From positions 16,111-80,110 of the forward strand of contig CAIXDG010000207.1 in assembly GCA_903918115.1 (NCBI GenBank): a DNA stretch of 64,000 bases. Reading direction: 5' to 3'. Shown here piece after piece: positions 23,155 to 33,066 of the stretch; position 1 is the stretch's first letter, and every line of letters begins with the position of its first letter. Made by a program: the position numbers and the translations under genes. Origin of the DNA: an uncultured beta proteobacterium. GTDB taxonomy: Bacteria; Pseudomonadota; Gammaproteobacteria; Burkholderiales; Burkholderiaceae. A model generated the notes under the pieces. It was not told the DNA's origin. It did no database searches and was given only the letters and a program-made list of their open reading frames with translations.

Positions 23155-24354
23155 ATGGATATTACCTTGAGCCGATCAGAAATGGAGCGTAGCCAGTTGC
23201 TCCTGCAAAAAATTAAGGCCCAAATTAGCCAAAATGGGGGTTGGATCCCCTTCTCGCGCTATATGGAGACGGTGCTCTACGCTCCTGAATATGGCTATTA
23301 CAGTGCAAATTTACCTAAATTTGGGCTAGCAGGCGATTTCATTACCGCCCCGGAACTATCTCCCTTATTTGGCCAAACCATAGCAAATTGCCTAGCGCCA
23401 TGCTTGCATGCCCTGCAGCAAGCTGGACTACCAACCCATATTTTAGAATTTGGCGCTGGTAGTGGAAAGCTGGCAGAAACTCTGGTGCAGCAACTGACCC
23501 AACTTGGAGTGCCGCTTGCGCACTATGACATTCTAGAAATTTCACCTGATCTGGCAAACCGCCAACAAGAGCGCTTAGCAGAGGCCAAAAAGCAGCATGC
23601 TTGGCATACTGAGCTACGGTGGTTGCAAGCGATGCCCAAGGCATTTGTTGGCATCATCTTAGCTAATGAAGTTTTAGATGCCTTGCCTTGTGAAGTGATC
23701 ATGTTGCAACAAGATCGTTGGTTTTTTCAAGGTGTTGGTATTGTGGCCGAACAGTTGCAATGGTCAACTGGTGGAGAAGTGCCTAAGGAGTGGCTTCCCC
23801 AGAGCCTACAGAATATCGCTGACTTTCCTGAAGGCTACACCACAGAAATTCATCCCCAATCAAATGACTGGATTAATACTCTCTCCCGCAATTTACAAAC
23901 TGGCTTATTTTTAAGTTTTGATTATGGTTTTCCGGCCCATGAGTTTTATCACCCGCAGCGTCGAGCGGGGTCGCTCATGGTTCACCATCGCCACCAGAGC
24001 ATGACCGATCCGTTTTATCTACCGGGCTTATGCGACTTAACTAGCCATGTTGAGTGGAGTGGAATTAGTAAAACAGCACTAAATTCTGGTGCAGATGCGC
24101 TTTATCTAAACAATCAGGGCAGTTTTCTACTGGAGGCGGGTATTGGCGATTTAGCCCTACAAGCTGGCGATCCAAACAATCCAAAACAATTTTTACCGAT
24201 TTCTCAAGCGCTCCAAAAATTATTATCGGAAGCAGAGATGGGTGAACTTTTTAAAGTCTTTGCTTTCACCAAAAATCTGCGTGCCATTTTTCCTTTGGCA
24301 GAGGATTTATCGATATTGCCAGGTTTGGGTGGGCGCAATCGCCTCGCTGAATGA
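23155..24354 (+). CDS. SAM-dependent methyltransferase, MidA/NDUFAF7 family
   Basis: GYYS..., GDFITAPE, EFGAGSG, ANEVLDALP, DYG and DLTSHV motifs. Confidence 0.88.
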   Translation: MDITLSRSEMERSQLLLQKIKAQISQNGGWIPFSRYMETVLYAPEYGYYSANLPKFGLAGDFITAPELSPLFGQTIANCLAPCLHALQQAGLPTHILEFGAGSGKLAETLVQQLTQLGVPLAHYDILEISPDLANRQQERLAEAKKQHAWHTELRWLQAMPKAFVGIILANEVLDALPCEVIMLQQDRWFFQGVGIVAEQLQWSTGGEVPKEWLPQSLQNIADFPEGYTTEIHPQSNDWINTLSRNLQTGLFLSFDYGFPAHEFYHPQRRAGSLMVHHRHQSMTDPFYLPGLCDLTSHVEWSGISKTALNSGADALYLNNQGSFLLEAGIGDLALQAGDPNNPKQFLPISQALQKLLSEAEMGELFKVFAFTKNLRAIFPLAEDLSILPGLGGRNRLAE

Positions 24355-24355
24355 G

Positions 24356-25522
24356 TTAAGGTGCGTTAGCGCAAAATGGTACGATGGCCTTTAAGCGAGC
24401 TGCCTCGATCGCAATTCGAATGGCCTCCCCCGGATTTTTTTGGGCATCGACCGACTGAGTATTGAGGTCTTGCAGGCTCGTATTCGCCTGCGCGATTTGT
24501 GCAGCATCAACCCCTTGCGCTGCCCCTAATGCTAATCTCAAAGACTCAGGAAGCAAATTCAATTGTTTCAGCAAGTGCAAAAGTGCTTGTGCGCGTTCGG
24601 GTTTGCGCCAGACATCGGCACGATTAAACCAAGTCATTGCACCTTGTGCGCTAAGCGGACCTGCCAATACTAAATTCCGCAATGCAGAAAAAAGGAGGGC
24701 ATAGTCACGAATTCGATTTGGCATGCGTACTTGTTCGGCCCACTGGGTAATTTCGGCAGTAGATAAATTACTTAATACGACTGCACAAACGTCAGCGGCT
24801 TTATCTTCACTTAGCGAAATTAAATTCAGCGCTATCGCTAAGGCTTTAGAGGCCTCCCCATCGGCGAGCTGTTCCTCAGTGCCGCGAGCCAGTAGGTATG
24901 ATGCTGCCCCAGTTGTCAGGAATACTTCAAGCATCCGTAAGGGCTGAGTTGCCCCAAAGCCGCGGGATATTTCTTGCCATATACGCTCGGCTGATAAATC
25001 TTGTAACTCGCCCGAGCGGACAATACTTTGTGCCACCAGCATTGTTTCTGGTGCAATAGCAAAACGCGGTAGTGCTGCTGCAAATCGCGCCAGCCGTAAT
25101 AAGCGCAAAGGATCTTCAGTGAATGCCGGCGAAACATGGCGCAAGATGCGGCTTGATAAATCGGCTTGGCCGCCATAAGGATCAATAATGGGTCCACTTA
25201 ATTGCCCCGTACTATCGAGCGCTTGCGCCATCGCATTGATTGTTAAATCACGTCGCCCCAGATCTTCCTCCAAGGTCACATCTGGCTCAGCATGAAATAT
25301 AAAGCCCTGATAACCGCGTCCCGTTTTACGCTCAGTACGCGCTAAGGCATATTCGGCTTGCGTAGTTGGATGGAGGAAAACTGGAAATTCGCTACCTACT
25401 GGCCGATAACCTAAAGTAATCATTTCCGCTGGGCTAGACCCTACTACGACATAGTCAATATCATGCACTGGCAATCCCAATAAGGTATCGCGGATTGCAC
25501 CGCCGACAGCATATATTTTCAA
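24356..25522 (-). CDS. cca: CCA tRNA nucleotidyltransferase
   Basis: [47 protein letters not shown] start overlaps the upstream stop. Confidence 0.93.
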   Translation of the reverse strand: MKIYAVGGAIRDTLLGLPVHDIDYVVVGSSPAEMITLGYRPVGSEFPVFLHPTTQAEYALARTERKTGRGYQGFIFHAEPDVTLEEDLGRRDLTINAMAQALDSTGQLSGPIIDPYGGQADLSSRILRHVSPAFTEDPLRLLRLARFAAALPRFAIAPETMLVAQSIVRSGELQDLSAERIWQEISRGFGATQPLRMLEVFLTTGAASYLLARGTEEQLADGEASKALAIALNLISLSEDKAADVCAVVLSNLSTAEITQWAEQVRMPNRIRDYALLFSALRNLVLAGPLSAQGAMTWFNRADVWRKPERAQALLHLLKQLNLLPESLRLALGAAQGVDAAQIAQANTSLQDLNTQSVDAQKNPGEAIRIAIEAARLKAIVPFCANAP

Positions 25523-26430
25523 GTCAGCATACTTTCTAAGCGTTTACGAGCAATCCCAAAATCGAGGGTGAGCGCATCGCGACCATTACTTGGTAATACA
25601 TTAGGTAAAGACATTGAGGCAATATTATCTCGCGACATGAGGGTGGGGCCCGGCCCATATTCAAATGCCAGGGCCTGTAGATAACCAATTGCTGCCGGTA
25701 GCGGAATAATCCAACCTGGTGCATCCGCTTTACGGGCGGCAAAACGAATCAGATCGGCCATCGAAAAAATTTCTGGGCCGACTAAATCGAAAACCTGATG
25801 AATGGTCTGTGGGCGCTGTAACGATTGAATAAACGCCGCGGCGACATCATCCACACTTACAGGTTGAAATAAAGCAGTGGAATGGGCCAAGGGAATGACC
25901 GGAGAAATTTTAGTTAGCTTGACAAAGAGATTAATAAATTGATCCTCCGCGCCAAAAATTACGGAGGGTCGAAAGATCGTCCAGTCTAAATGACTTTCTT
26001 TAACTAATTTTTCACCATCACCTTTACTGCGTTGATACATCGAGGGGCCATTAGCGTCTGCGCCAAGCGCGCTCATGTGTAAATAGCGCTTTAACTTCAA
26101 TGCCTTCATGGCTGCAATGATATTGCGGGGCAAATCGACATGAGCCTGCTTAAAAAATTTGCCATAGGGCTGGGCGGGACGATCGTGCAACATGCCAATA
26201 AGATTAATCACCGCACCCTGTTCAGTGAGTTGGGCGCAAAGCTCGTGTATGACTTGAGCTTGATTAACGTCCGCTTCTTGGAGATGAATATTGGGCAATA
26301 AGCGAAGCTCGCGCGCAGCGGCTAAATGACGGGTTGGTATTAGGACTGAATAGCCTGCGGTTTGTAATTTACGCGCCAACACACGCCCCACAAAACCATT
26401 GCCCCCTATTAATAAAATTTGATATTTCAT
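25519..26430 (-). CDS. NAD-dependent epimerase/dehydratase, NDUFA9-like atypical SDR
   Basis: GGNGFVG, MSALGA, YQRSK and RPSVIFG motifs. Confidence 0.87.
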   Translation of the reverse strand: MKYQILLIGGNGFVGRVLARKLQTAGYSVLIPTRHLAAARELRLLPNIHLQEADVNQAQVIHELCAQLTEQGAVINLIGMLHDRPAQPYGKFFKQAHVDLPRNIIAAMKALKLKRYLHMSALGADANGPSMYQRSKGDGEKLVKESHLDWTIFRPSVIFGAEDQFINLFVKLTKISPVIPLAHSTALFQPVSVDDVAAAFIQSLQRPQTIHQVFDLVGPEIFSMADLIRFAARKADAPGWIIPLPAAIGYLQALAFEYGPGPTLMSRDNIASMSLPNVLPSNGRDALTLDFGIARKRLESMLT

Positions 26431-28448
26431 GGTAACTCGCTTTGATTGACAGCTTTAGGGGTAATAACTCCAAGCCGTTGTTTGAGAGATGGTGTCTGTC
26501 CTGAAATTACTGTGGTGTAGTAATTAGCATTCGCTAATACATTTTTAACATAGGTACGAGTTTCATTAAACGGAATTGTTTCAATAAAAATCGCTCCCTC
26601 TACAGGTCGTTCTAATTTTTCGCGCCATTGTTTTGGCCTGGATGGGCCTGCGTTATAAGCGGCTGAAGCCAATACCCAAGAGCCATCGAGGTCTATTAAA
26701 ACCATATTTAAATAATTGCTTCCCAAAATCATATTGGTATTCGAGTCTTTTAATTGTTCAACGGTAAATGAATTCATGCCAATTTTTTTTGCTACATACT
26801 TAGCCGTAGCTGGCATCACCTGCATTAGTCCAGATGCGCCGACTGAGGATGCAGCATTAATGATAAAACGGGATTCTTGGCGAATCAGCCCATAAGCCCA
26901 GGCTAAATTTAAATTGATTTCCCGGGCAATTGGCGTAAGCTCATCTCGAAAAGGCATTGGATAGCGCAGACTTAAATCATGATCTATCTTGGTTCGATCG
27001 GCTGAGCTCACGACGCGGTCAAAGAGTTGCACTCGTTTGGCATATTCAGCAGCAGCTAGCAACTGTTTATCCGTCATCCCCCGTAGCTCCCAATTCCACT
27101 CTCGATTCCCTTCAAAGCGTAAATTCATCGCATAAAGACGTGCACCTCTAATAAAGCCACGGCGCTCTGCCATTGCCTTCACATCTTGCTCAGCAATCTT
27201 GGAGTGAACCGTGGCGCTATGCACGCCTTTGCCCAGCTCTTCGCGCGCTAATTGGCCATAGAAATTAAATTGATCTTGAATAGCTTCGAATTGCTCACGC
27301 GCACGCTGCTCAATTTTAGGATCTTGAGCAGCCGTTGCTTTCAACGCGCGCCCATACCAATAAGTCCAAGCGGGGTCGCGCTGCCGTACCGCTGGATTCA
27401 TCCCTTCAATGGCCTCTTTAACCAATATCCAGTCTTGTGCGCGTAGTGCTGCGCGCACTTTCCATTCTTGTGATTCCGTTGAAAGTAATTCATTAAAACC
27501 TAAATTTTGTTGTTCACGATAGGCTTCATCTGCTTTTGGGTCTAATTTTTTGGCTAAAAATTGACCAATCACCCCCCAAGCAACTGCTTGATTTTCTTTA
27601 TTTAAGCGGTTGCTGTTTTGCGAAAACTCGCTAAACGTTTTACGCGGATCTTTGCTCGCACTCTTCACTATCTCTGCAATGGGATCTTCTCCACCCAGCC
27701 GTCGCGACATTGTGTCAAAGTTCATTTCAGCAGCCGCCCTTCCGACTGCCTTTGCTTCACTGATAGATAGGCCATTTGCTTGGACTAAAAGGGGTACCAG
27801 TTCTTGGCAGGCTTGGCCAAAATAACGGGGATCAATTAAAACTGCTTTTGCATCAGTGCCCACTTTTTCTGCACTTTCCCCTTTAGCTAAGCGAGATTGC
27901 AGGGCATAACATTTCACTGCAGTATCGTCATCTAAGACAAACTTGGCATACTCTGTATCAAAATTACTCCAGTCTTTTCTGCGCCCCAAAACCAACAACC
28001 AATCATTGCGCATCCGATCAGCAATGGCAGTTCCCTGATGCTGATTCAAAAAAGCCTTAACCTGGCTATCGGCTGAAGTATCGCCCCGGGGGCCGCCGCC
28101 GCTGTCAAACAGTTGCGGCTTAATTCTAAAATAGCTTACATAATCATCAAAGTCGTAGTTAACAAGACTACTAGCCAATTGTTGGGCACGAAAAACATCA
28201 TTACGTTTTGCCGCTTCACGTAAATCGATAAATTCTTTGTCAGCTGGACTTAGTTCGTCAGTATTTATTTTGCTGGCGTAGGATTGTGGCAACTTAGACT
28301 TTTTGGTTGCTGCTTCGACAGCGGTAAGGGCTAAGAAGGCCACGCATAAAAGCCCTACTGCCAGGTGTAGCGGCCATTTTTTGCTTAAATTTTGCTTTGG
28401 TACTAATTCTTGCATGGGCTGGTCGACAAGCCGAGTGTATTGCTGCAT
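26427..28448 (-). CDS. slt: Soluble lytic murein transglycosylase (Slt70-like)
   Basis: IRQESRF, GASGLMQVMPAT, AAYNAGP and IPFNETRTYVKNV motifs. Start trimmed to ATG 28448 (28415 also possible). Confidence 0.9.
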   Translation of the reverse strand: MQQYTRLVDQPMQELVPKQNLSKKWPLHLAVGLLCVAFLALTAVEAATKKSKLPQSYASKINTDELSPADKEFIDLREAAKRNDVFRAQQLASSLVNYDFDDYVSYFRIKPQLFDSGGGPRGDTSADSQVKAFLNQHQGTAIADRMRNDWLLVLGRRKDWSNFDTEYAKFVLDDDTAVKCYALQSRLAKGESAEKVGTDAKAVLIDPRYFGQACQELVPLLVQANGLSISEAKAVGRAAAEMNFDTMSRRLGGEDPIAEIVKSASKDPRKTFSEFSQNSNRLNKENQAVAWGVIGQFLAKKLDPKADEAYREQQNLGFNELLSTESQEWKVRAALRAQDWILVKEAIEGMNPAVRQRDPAWTYWYGRALKATAAQDPKIEQRAREQFEAIQDQFNFYGQLAREELGKGVHSATVHSKIAEQDVKAMAERRGFIRGARLYAMNLRFEGNREWNWELRGMTDKQLLAAAEYAKRVQLFDRVVSSADRTKIDHDLSLRYPMPFRDELTPIAREINLNLAWAYGLIRQESRFIINAASSVGASGLMQVMPATAKYVAKKIGMNSFTVEQLKDSNTNMILGSNYLNMVLIDLDGSWVLASAAYNAGPSRPKQWREKLERPVEGAIFIETIPFNETRTYVKNVLANANYYTTVISGQTPSLKQRLGVITPKAVNQSELP

Positions 28449-28490
28449 GTTAAATTGACTTTCTATTCTTTCAACATAATACTGTTTACC

Positions 28491-29105
28491 ATGACAACTG
28501 ACCCCTTCCGAGAGCTCCGCAAAGATTTGCTTGGGCAACGTATTGCTTTCACGCGCGCGCATGACTACATTGATTTAAAGGATAGGCTGATTCTGGCCCT
28601 AAATCAATTTCTACTCGGTCCAGGATCGGGCATTCAATCGATTGCACTTTATAGCCCCATTCGCAATGAAGTTGATTTTCGTCCCGCCTTATTGCATTGG
28701 GCTGAACAAGGTAGCTCAAGAAAATTAGCCCTGCCTTTAGGGTTGGCCAATAAACAGCTTGATTTTTATGAATGGCGTGGTGAGGATGCATTAAGCAAAA
28801 ATAGTTTTGGCATTCTAGAGCCCGACCCCAACAATCTGCAGCGTCCAAAAATAGACCCGGATTGCATTCTTCTACCCGTAGTTGGATGGTCGCAATCGCA
28901 AGAAAATGGTCAGCCCCGGTATTGGCGGTTAGGCTATGGTGGCGGATACTTTGACCGTACCTTGCTAGCCCTAAAAACCAGAAAACCCAGCACAATGAAC
29001 ATTGGGGTTGGCTTTGATTGGCAAGAATTAAGTCCAACTCAATGGCAGCCTCAAGCCCACGATCAGCCCTTAACGTATTTGCTCACGGAATCTGGTCTGC
29101 GCTAA
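28491..29105 (+). CDS. 5-formyltetrahydrofolate cyclo-ligase
   Basis: FGILEP, RLGYGGGYFDRTL and HDQPL motifs. Start trimmed to ATG 28491. Confidence 0.9.
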   Translation: MTTDPFRELRKDLLGQRIAFTRAHDYIDLKDRLILALNQFLLGPGSGIQSIALYSPIRNEVDFRPALLHWAEQGSSRKLALPLGLANKQLDFYEWRGEDALSKNSFGILEPDPNNLQRPKIDPDCILLPVVGWSQSQENGQPRYWRLGYGGGYFDRTLLALKTRKPSTMNIGVGFDWQELSPTQWQPQAHDQPLTYLLTESGLR

Positions 29106-29130
29106 TCTGCGTTAGTGCTTGCTTTGCTGA

Positions 29131-29967
29131 TTAATGCTGTTGCCCAAGGTTTAAATTATTAGCAATTGCCAAAATCGCATTCGCCTGATTTAAGGCATAA
29201 AAATGTAAGCCGGGCGCTCCCGCTACAAGCAGTTGGTCGCAGAGATCGGTAATGACCTCCTCACCAAATGCGCGAATCGAAGCGACGTCATCACCGTAAG
29301 ATAAAAGGCGTAGACGAATCCAGCGTGGCATTTCTGCGCCACAAGAGTCGGAAAAACGAATTAACTGACTACTATTGGTAATGGGCATAATGCCGGCAAT
29401 AATGGGCTGCGTTACCCCCAACGCAAAGGCCTCATCAACAAAACGAAAATAGGCATCGCTATTGAAAAAATACTGGGTTACGGCTGAGTTTGCACCCGCT
29501 TGCATTTTTTGCGCAAAGAAAGCGACATCACTTGCCGGTGAACGTGCTTGAGGATGCATTTCGGGATAGGCCGCGACATCAATATGAAACCAATCGCCTG
29601 TTTCTGCCCGAATAAATTCAACCAATTCATTAGCATGATGGAATTCACCATAATGCCCCATGCCTGAAGGTAGATCGCCTCGCAAAGCCACAATGCGACG
29701 GATGCCTAAATCACGATATTGCGCCAACATCATTCTGACATTTTCTTTTGAGCTACCCACACAAGATAAATGGGGCGCTACCACTTGACCATCAGCATGA
29801 ATTTCGCTGACGATTTTTAAAGTACCTGCCTGTGTCGAACCGCCAGCGCCAAAAGTCACCGAATAAAAAGCGGGCTTAAGCTCGGTAGTTAAACGCTCGC
29901 GTACGAGACGTAATTTTTCCTCGCCCTCATTCGTTTTTGGCGGAAAAAATTCGACGCTCAGTTCCAT
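29131..29967 (-). CDS. metF: Methylenetetrahydrofolate reductase
   Basis: SVEFFPPK, SVTFGAGGS, ALRGD, AAYPE and TQYFF motifs. Confidence 0.96.
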   Translation of the reverse strand: MELSVEFFPPKTNEGEEKLRLVRERLTTELKPAFYSVTFGAGGSTQAGTLKIVSEIHADGQVVAPHLSCVGSSKENVRMMLAQYRDLGIRRIVALRGDLPSGMGHYGEFHHANELVEFIRAETGDWFHIDVAAYPEMHPQARSPASDVAFFAQKMQAGANSAVTQYFFNSDAYFRFVDEAFALGVTQPIIAGIMPITNSSQLIRFSDSCGAEMPRWIRLRLLSYGDDVASIRAFGEEVITDLCDQLLVAGAPGLHFYALNQANAILAIANNLNLGQQH

Positions 29968-30006
29968 GATGTTGGCCTGTTCTTCAAATTGAAATACATT
30001 AATCGT

Positions 30007-31458
30007 TTAATAACGATAGTTTTCCGGCTTATAAGGGCCTTCTTTGCTGACGCCAATATACGTTGCTTGCTGAGCAGAAAGCTCAGTTAATTGCGCGTTT
30101 AATTTTTTAAGTTGTAAACGTGCGACTTTTTCATCAAGATGCTTGGGCAAGGTATAAACGCCAATCGGATATTTCTTCGTGCCCACAGCGCCCCATAATT
30201 CAATTTGAGCAATGACTTGGTTGGCAAACGACGAGCTCATCACATACGACGGATGGCCAGTACCACAGCCTAAATTAACTAAACGCCCTTTAGCCAAAAT
30301 AATTAATCGTTTTTCAGGCTTACCATTGGCAGCCGGGAAAATTACATGATCAACTTGGGGCTTAATTTCTTCCCACTGATATTTTTCAATACCAGCAATA
30401 TCGATTTCATTATCAAAGTGACCAATATTACAAACAATTGCTTGGTCTTTCATCAGCTTCATATGGTCTTCGGTAATGACATGGTAATTGCCTGTTGCCG
30501 AAACAAAAATATCAGCCTTGTCAGCCGCATATTCCATTGTGACAACCCGATAGCCTTCCATGGCGGCCTGTAATGCACAAATAGGGTCAACTTCCGTTAC
30601 CCAGACTTGCGCTGACAAAGCCCGTAAGGCTTGGGCTGAGCCCTTGCCAACATCGCCATAACCGCATACAACTGCTACCTTGCCAGCAATCATGACATCG
30701 GTAGCGCGTTTAATTGCATCAACTAAAGATTCACGGCAACCGTATAAATTATCGAATTTACTTTTGGTTACTGAGTCGTTGACGTTGATGGCTGGAAAAC
30801 GTAAATCGCCTTTAGCGAACATTTGATATAAACGGTGAACACCTGTGGTTGTTTCTTCAGTAACGCCCTCAACTTTAGCTAAGCGTGTTGAGTACCAGCT
30901 TGGGTCACTCGCCAGCTTCTGTTTAATGGCGGCAAATAAAATAGTCTCTTCTTCACTAGTCGGGTGATTTAAAACCGCCTGATCTTTTTCGGCTTTAGCG
31001 CCAAGGTGAAGCAGCAATGTGGCGTCGCCACCATCATCCAAAATCATATTGGTGAAGCCGCCATCGGCCCACTCAAAAATACGGTGGGTGTAATCCCAGT
31101 ACTGCTCGAGTGATTCGCCTTTGATAGCAAAGACAGGGGTGCCATTAGCGGCAATTGCAGCTGCAGCATGGTCTTGGTTTGAAAATATATTGCATGAGGC
31201 CCACTGCACCTCGGCACCGAGCGCCTCTAAGGTCTCAATTAGTACTGCAGTTTGAATGGTCATATGCAAGGAACCGGTAATACGTGCTCCACGCAGCGGT
31301 TGGCCGGCGGCAAATTCATTGCGAATTGCAATTAAGCCAGGCATTTCGGTTTCGGCAATGGCAATTTCTTTGCGCCCAAAGCTCGCTAATGCAATATCAG
31401 CAATAGCGCAACGTGTTGCAACAAATTCATTTAAATTAAAATCAGCTACGGTATTCAT
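30007..31458 (-). CDS. ahcY: Adenosylhomocysteinase
   Basis: [25 protein letters not shown] and GYGDVGKG motifs. Start at ATG 31458 with GGAG upstream. Confidence 0.97.
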   Translation of the reverse strand: MNTVADFNLNEFVATRCAIADIALASFGRKEIAIAETEMPGLIAIRNEFAAGQPLRGARITGSLHMTIQTAVLIETLEALGAEVQWASCNIFSNQDHAAAAIAANGTPVFAIKGESLEQYWDYTHRIFEWADGGFTNMILDDGGDATLLLHLGAKAEKDQAVLNHPTSEEETILFAAIKQKLASDPSWYSTRLAKVEGVTEETTTGVHRLYQMFAKGDLRFPAINVNDSVTKSKFDNLYGCRESLVDAIKRATDVMIAGKVAVVCGYGDVGKGSAQALRALSAQVWVTEVDPICALQAAMEGYRVVTMEYAADKADIFVSATGNYHVITEDHMKLMKDQAIVCNIGHFDNEIDIAGIEKYQWEEIKPQVDHVIFPAANGKPEKRLIILAKGRLVNLGCGTGHPSYVMSSSFANQVIAQIELWGAVGTKKYPIGVYTLPKHLDEKVARLQLKKLNAQLTELSAQQATYIGVSKEGPYKPENYRY

Positions 31459-31524
31459 TCCTGCTCCAGCTAAATAGAGATCAATGCTGGGCAAGTAAAC
31501 TCGCCAACCATTGATTACGGGTTA

Positions 31525-31612
31525 GCGAGCGCGGTTGCAAAAGCAGACTGGGTCTGCCCACTTCAAGCCTGGGGAGGCGATTCAACTAGCCCCTTGCAAC
31601 GCTCCTTGAAGA
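31525..31612 (-). promoter_or_regulatory. SAH riboswitch
   Basis: Minus strand reads CTTCAAG-GAGCGTTGC-AAGGGG...CCCC-AGG-CTTGAAG...CAACCGCGCTCG. It shows P1 (CTTCAAG/CTTGAAG), the conserved GAGCGYUGC and CCAGGC segments and the pseudoknot partner CGCTC, directly upstream of ahcY-metF. Confidence 0.9.
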
Positions 31613-31665
31613 TCATTCGAAATTGTAAACACTTTTTTAGCTTCCTGCATAACTTCAGCTAAATT

Positions 31666-31700
31666 CGCTTGAAAGCCTTATCAGATCAGACTTTCAAGCG
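31666..31700 (-). terminator. Hairpin / probable intrinsic terminator after metK
   Basis: Inverted repeat CGCTTGAAAG...CTTTCAAGCG begins 4 nt after the metK stop. The U-tract is weak. Confidence 0.55.
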
Positions 31701-31704
31701 GAAA

Positions 31705-32871
31705 TTATATTCCGGCGGCAGCTTTTAAGGCAGCAGCTTTATCGCGTTGCTCCCAAGTAAAGTCAGGCTCTTCGCGGCCAAAGTGGCCATAGGCAGCGGT
31801 TTTACGATAAATTGGCCGCAATAAATTAAGCATTTTGACAATTCCTTTAGGGCGTAAATCAAAATGTTCGGCAACTAATTGCGCAATTTTTTCATCGGGA
31901 ATTTTGCCGGTGCCATACGTACTCACCATTACTGATGTGGGATGAGCCACACCAATTGCATAGGAAATTTGAATTAAACAACGTGTCGCTAGTCCTGCTG
32001 CAACAATATTTTTTGCCACGTAACGCCCTGCATAGGCTGCTGAGCGATCTACCTTAGAAGGATCTTTGCCGGAGAAAGCACCGCCGCCGTGCGGTGCCGA
32101 GCCCCCGTAGGTATCAACAATAATTTTTCGGCCCGTTAAACCACAATCGCCCTGTGGACCACCAATCACAAAGCGGCCAGTCGGATTGACCAAATATTTA
32201 ATCGCGCCCTTGATTAAATGCTGAGGGAGAACCGGCTTAATAATTTCTTCAATTACGCCTTCACGCAAGCGCTCCAAGGAAATATCTTCAGCATGCTGCG
32301 TCGAGAGCACTACTGTGTCGATTGAGTCTGGTTTGCCATCGACGTAACGTAAAGTGACTTGCGACTTAGCGTCGGGACGCAACCAATTTAAACGACCGTC
32401 TCGCCGTAATTGCGATTGACGCTCTACTAAACGATGGGCCAAATGAATTGGCATTGGCATTAACTCTGGCGTTTCATCACAGGCGTAACCAAACATTAAG
32501 CCTTGATCGCCAGCACCTTGATCTAATCCGTCATCGGCAGCATGGTTGACACCCTGAGCAATATCGGGACTTTGTTTATCGTAAGCCACCAAAACTGCGC
32601 AACCCTTGTAATCAATTCCATATTCAGTGTTGTCATAGCCAATTTCTCGCAAGGTATTGCGGGCAACTTGGATGTAATCAACATTGGCGTGGGTGGTAAT
32701 TTCGCCTGCAAGCACCACCAAACCCGTATTGCAAAGCGTTTCTGCAGCAACTCGAGCCGTCGGATCTTGCGTTAAGATGGCATCTAAGATGGCATCAGAA
32801 ATTTGATCCGAAACTTTATCGGGGTGACCCTCAGTGACGGACTCTGAGGTAAAGAAATATTCATTTGCCAT
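31705..32871 (-). CDS. metK: S-adenosylmethionine synthetase
   Basis: [19 protein letters not shown] and GGGAFSGKD motifs. Start trimmed to ATG 32871 (MANEYFF). Confidence 0.98.
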   Translation of the reverse strand: MANEYFFTSESVTEGHPDKVSDQISDAILDAILTQDPTARVAAETLCNTGLVVLAGEITTHANVDYIQVARNTLREIGYDNTEYGIDYKGCAVLVAYDKQSPDIAQGVNHAADDGLDQGAGDQGLMFGYACDETPELMPMPIHLAHRLVERQSQLRRDGRLNWLRPDAKSQVTLRYVDGKPDSIDTVVLSTQHAEDISLERLREGVIEEIIKPVLPQHLIKGAIKYLVNPTGRFVIGGPQGDCGLTGRKIIVDTYGGSAPHGGGAFSGKDPSKVDRSAAYAGRYVAKNIVAAGLATRCLIQISYAIGVAHPTSVMVSTYGTGKIPDEKIAQLVAEHFDLRPKGIVKMLNLLRPIYRKTAAYGHFGREEPDFTWEQRDKAAALKAAAGI

Positions 32872-32938
32872 TGCATTTTCCTTATAAAAAATAAACACGA
32901 TCGATATGACAACAGACGTGCCGGAAATACAACGGCGA

Positions 32939-32992
32939 CGCTTTAGCAGAATTTTTGAATCGCCCCGCAAGTTGTCTTAACTCGGCGATTTT
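32939..32992 (-). promoter_or_regulatory. SAM-II-like riboswitch candidate in the metK leader
   Basis: AATCGCC-GAGTTAAGACAA-CTTGC-GG-GGCGATT-CAAAAATTCT-GCTAAAG. Shows a P1 stem plus CUUGC/GC(UA)AAG pseudoknot pairing typical of SAM-II. Confidence 0.6.
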
Positions 32993-33066
32993 GATATTTT
33001 AACTGAAAAAATGCTGATTTACTGAAGGGTTTGTAGGCATCCTGACTTTATGAATATCATTGGTAA

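Noticed and set aside
28449-28490. 6S RNA, often found upstream of 5-formyl-THF cyclo-ligase
   Set aside because: The spacer is 42 bp, far too short for a ~180-nt RNA.
32872-32970. ORF-track N-terminal extensions of metK (also ahcY, gatB, slt, ampG, HU, aceK)
   Set aside because: The extensions overlap regulatory RNA or neighbouring genes. Downstream starts match family N-termini and SD or coupling signals.
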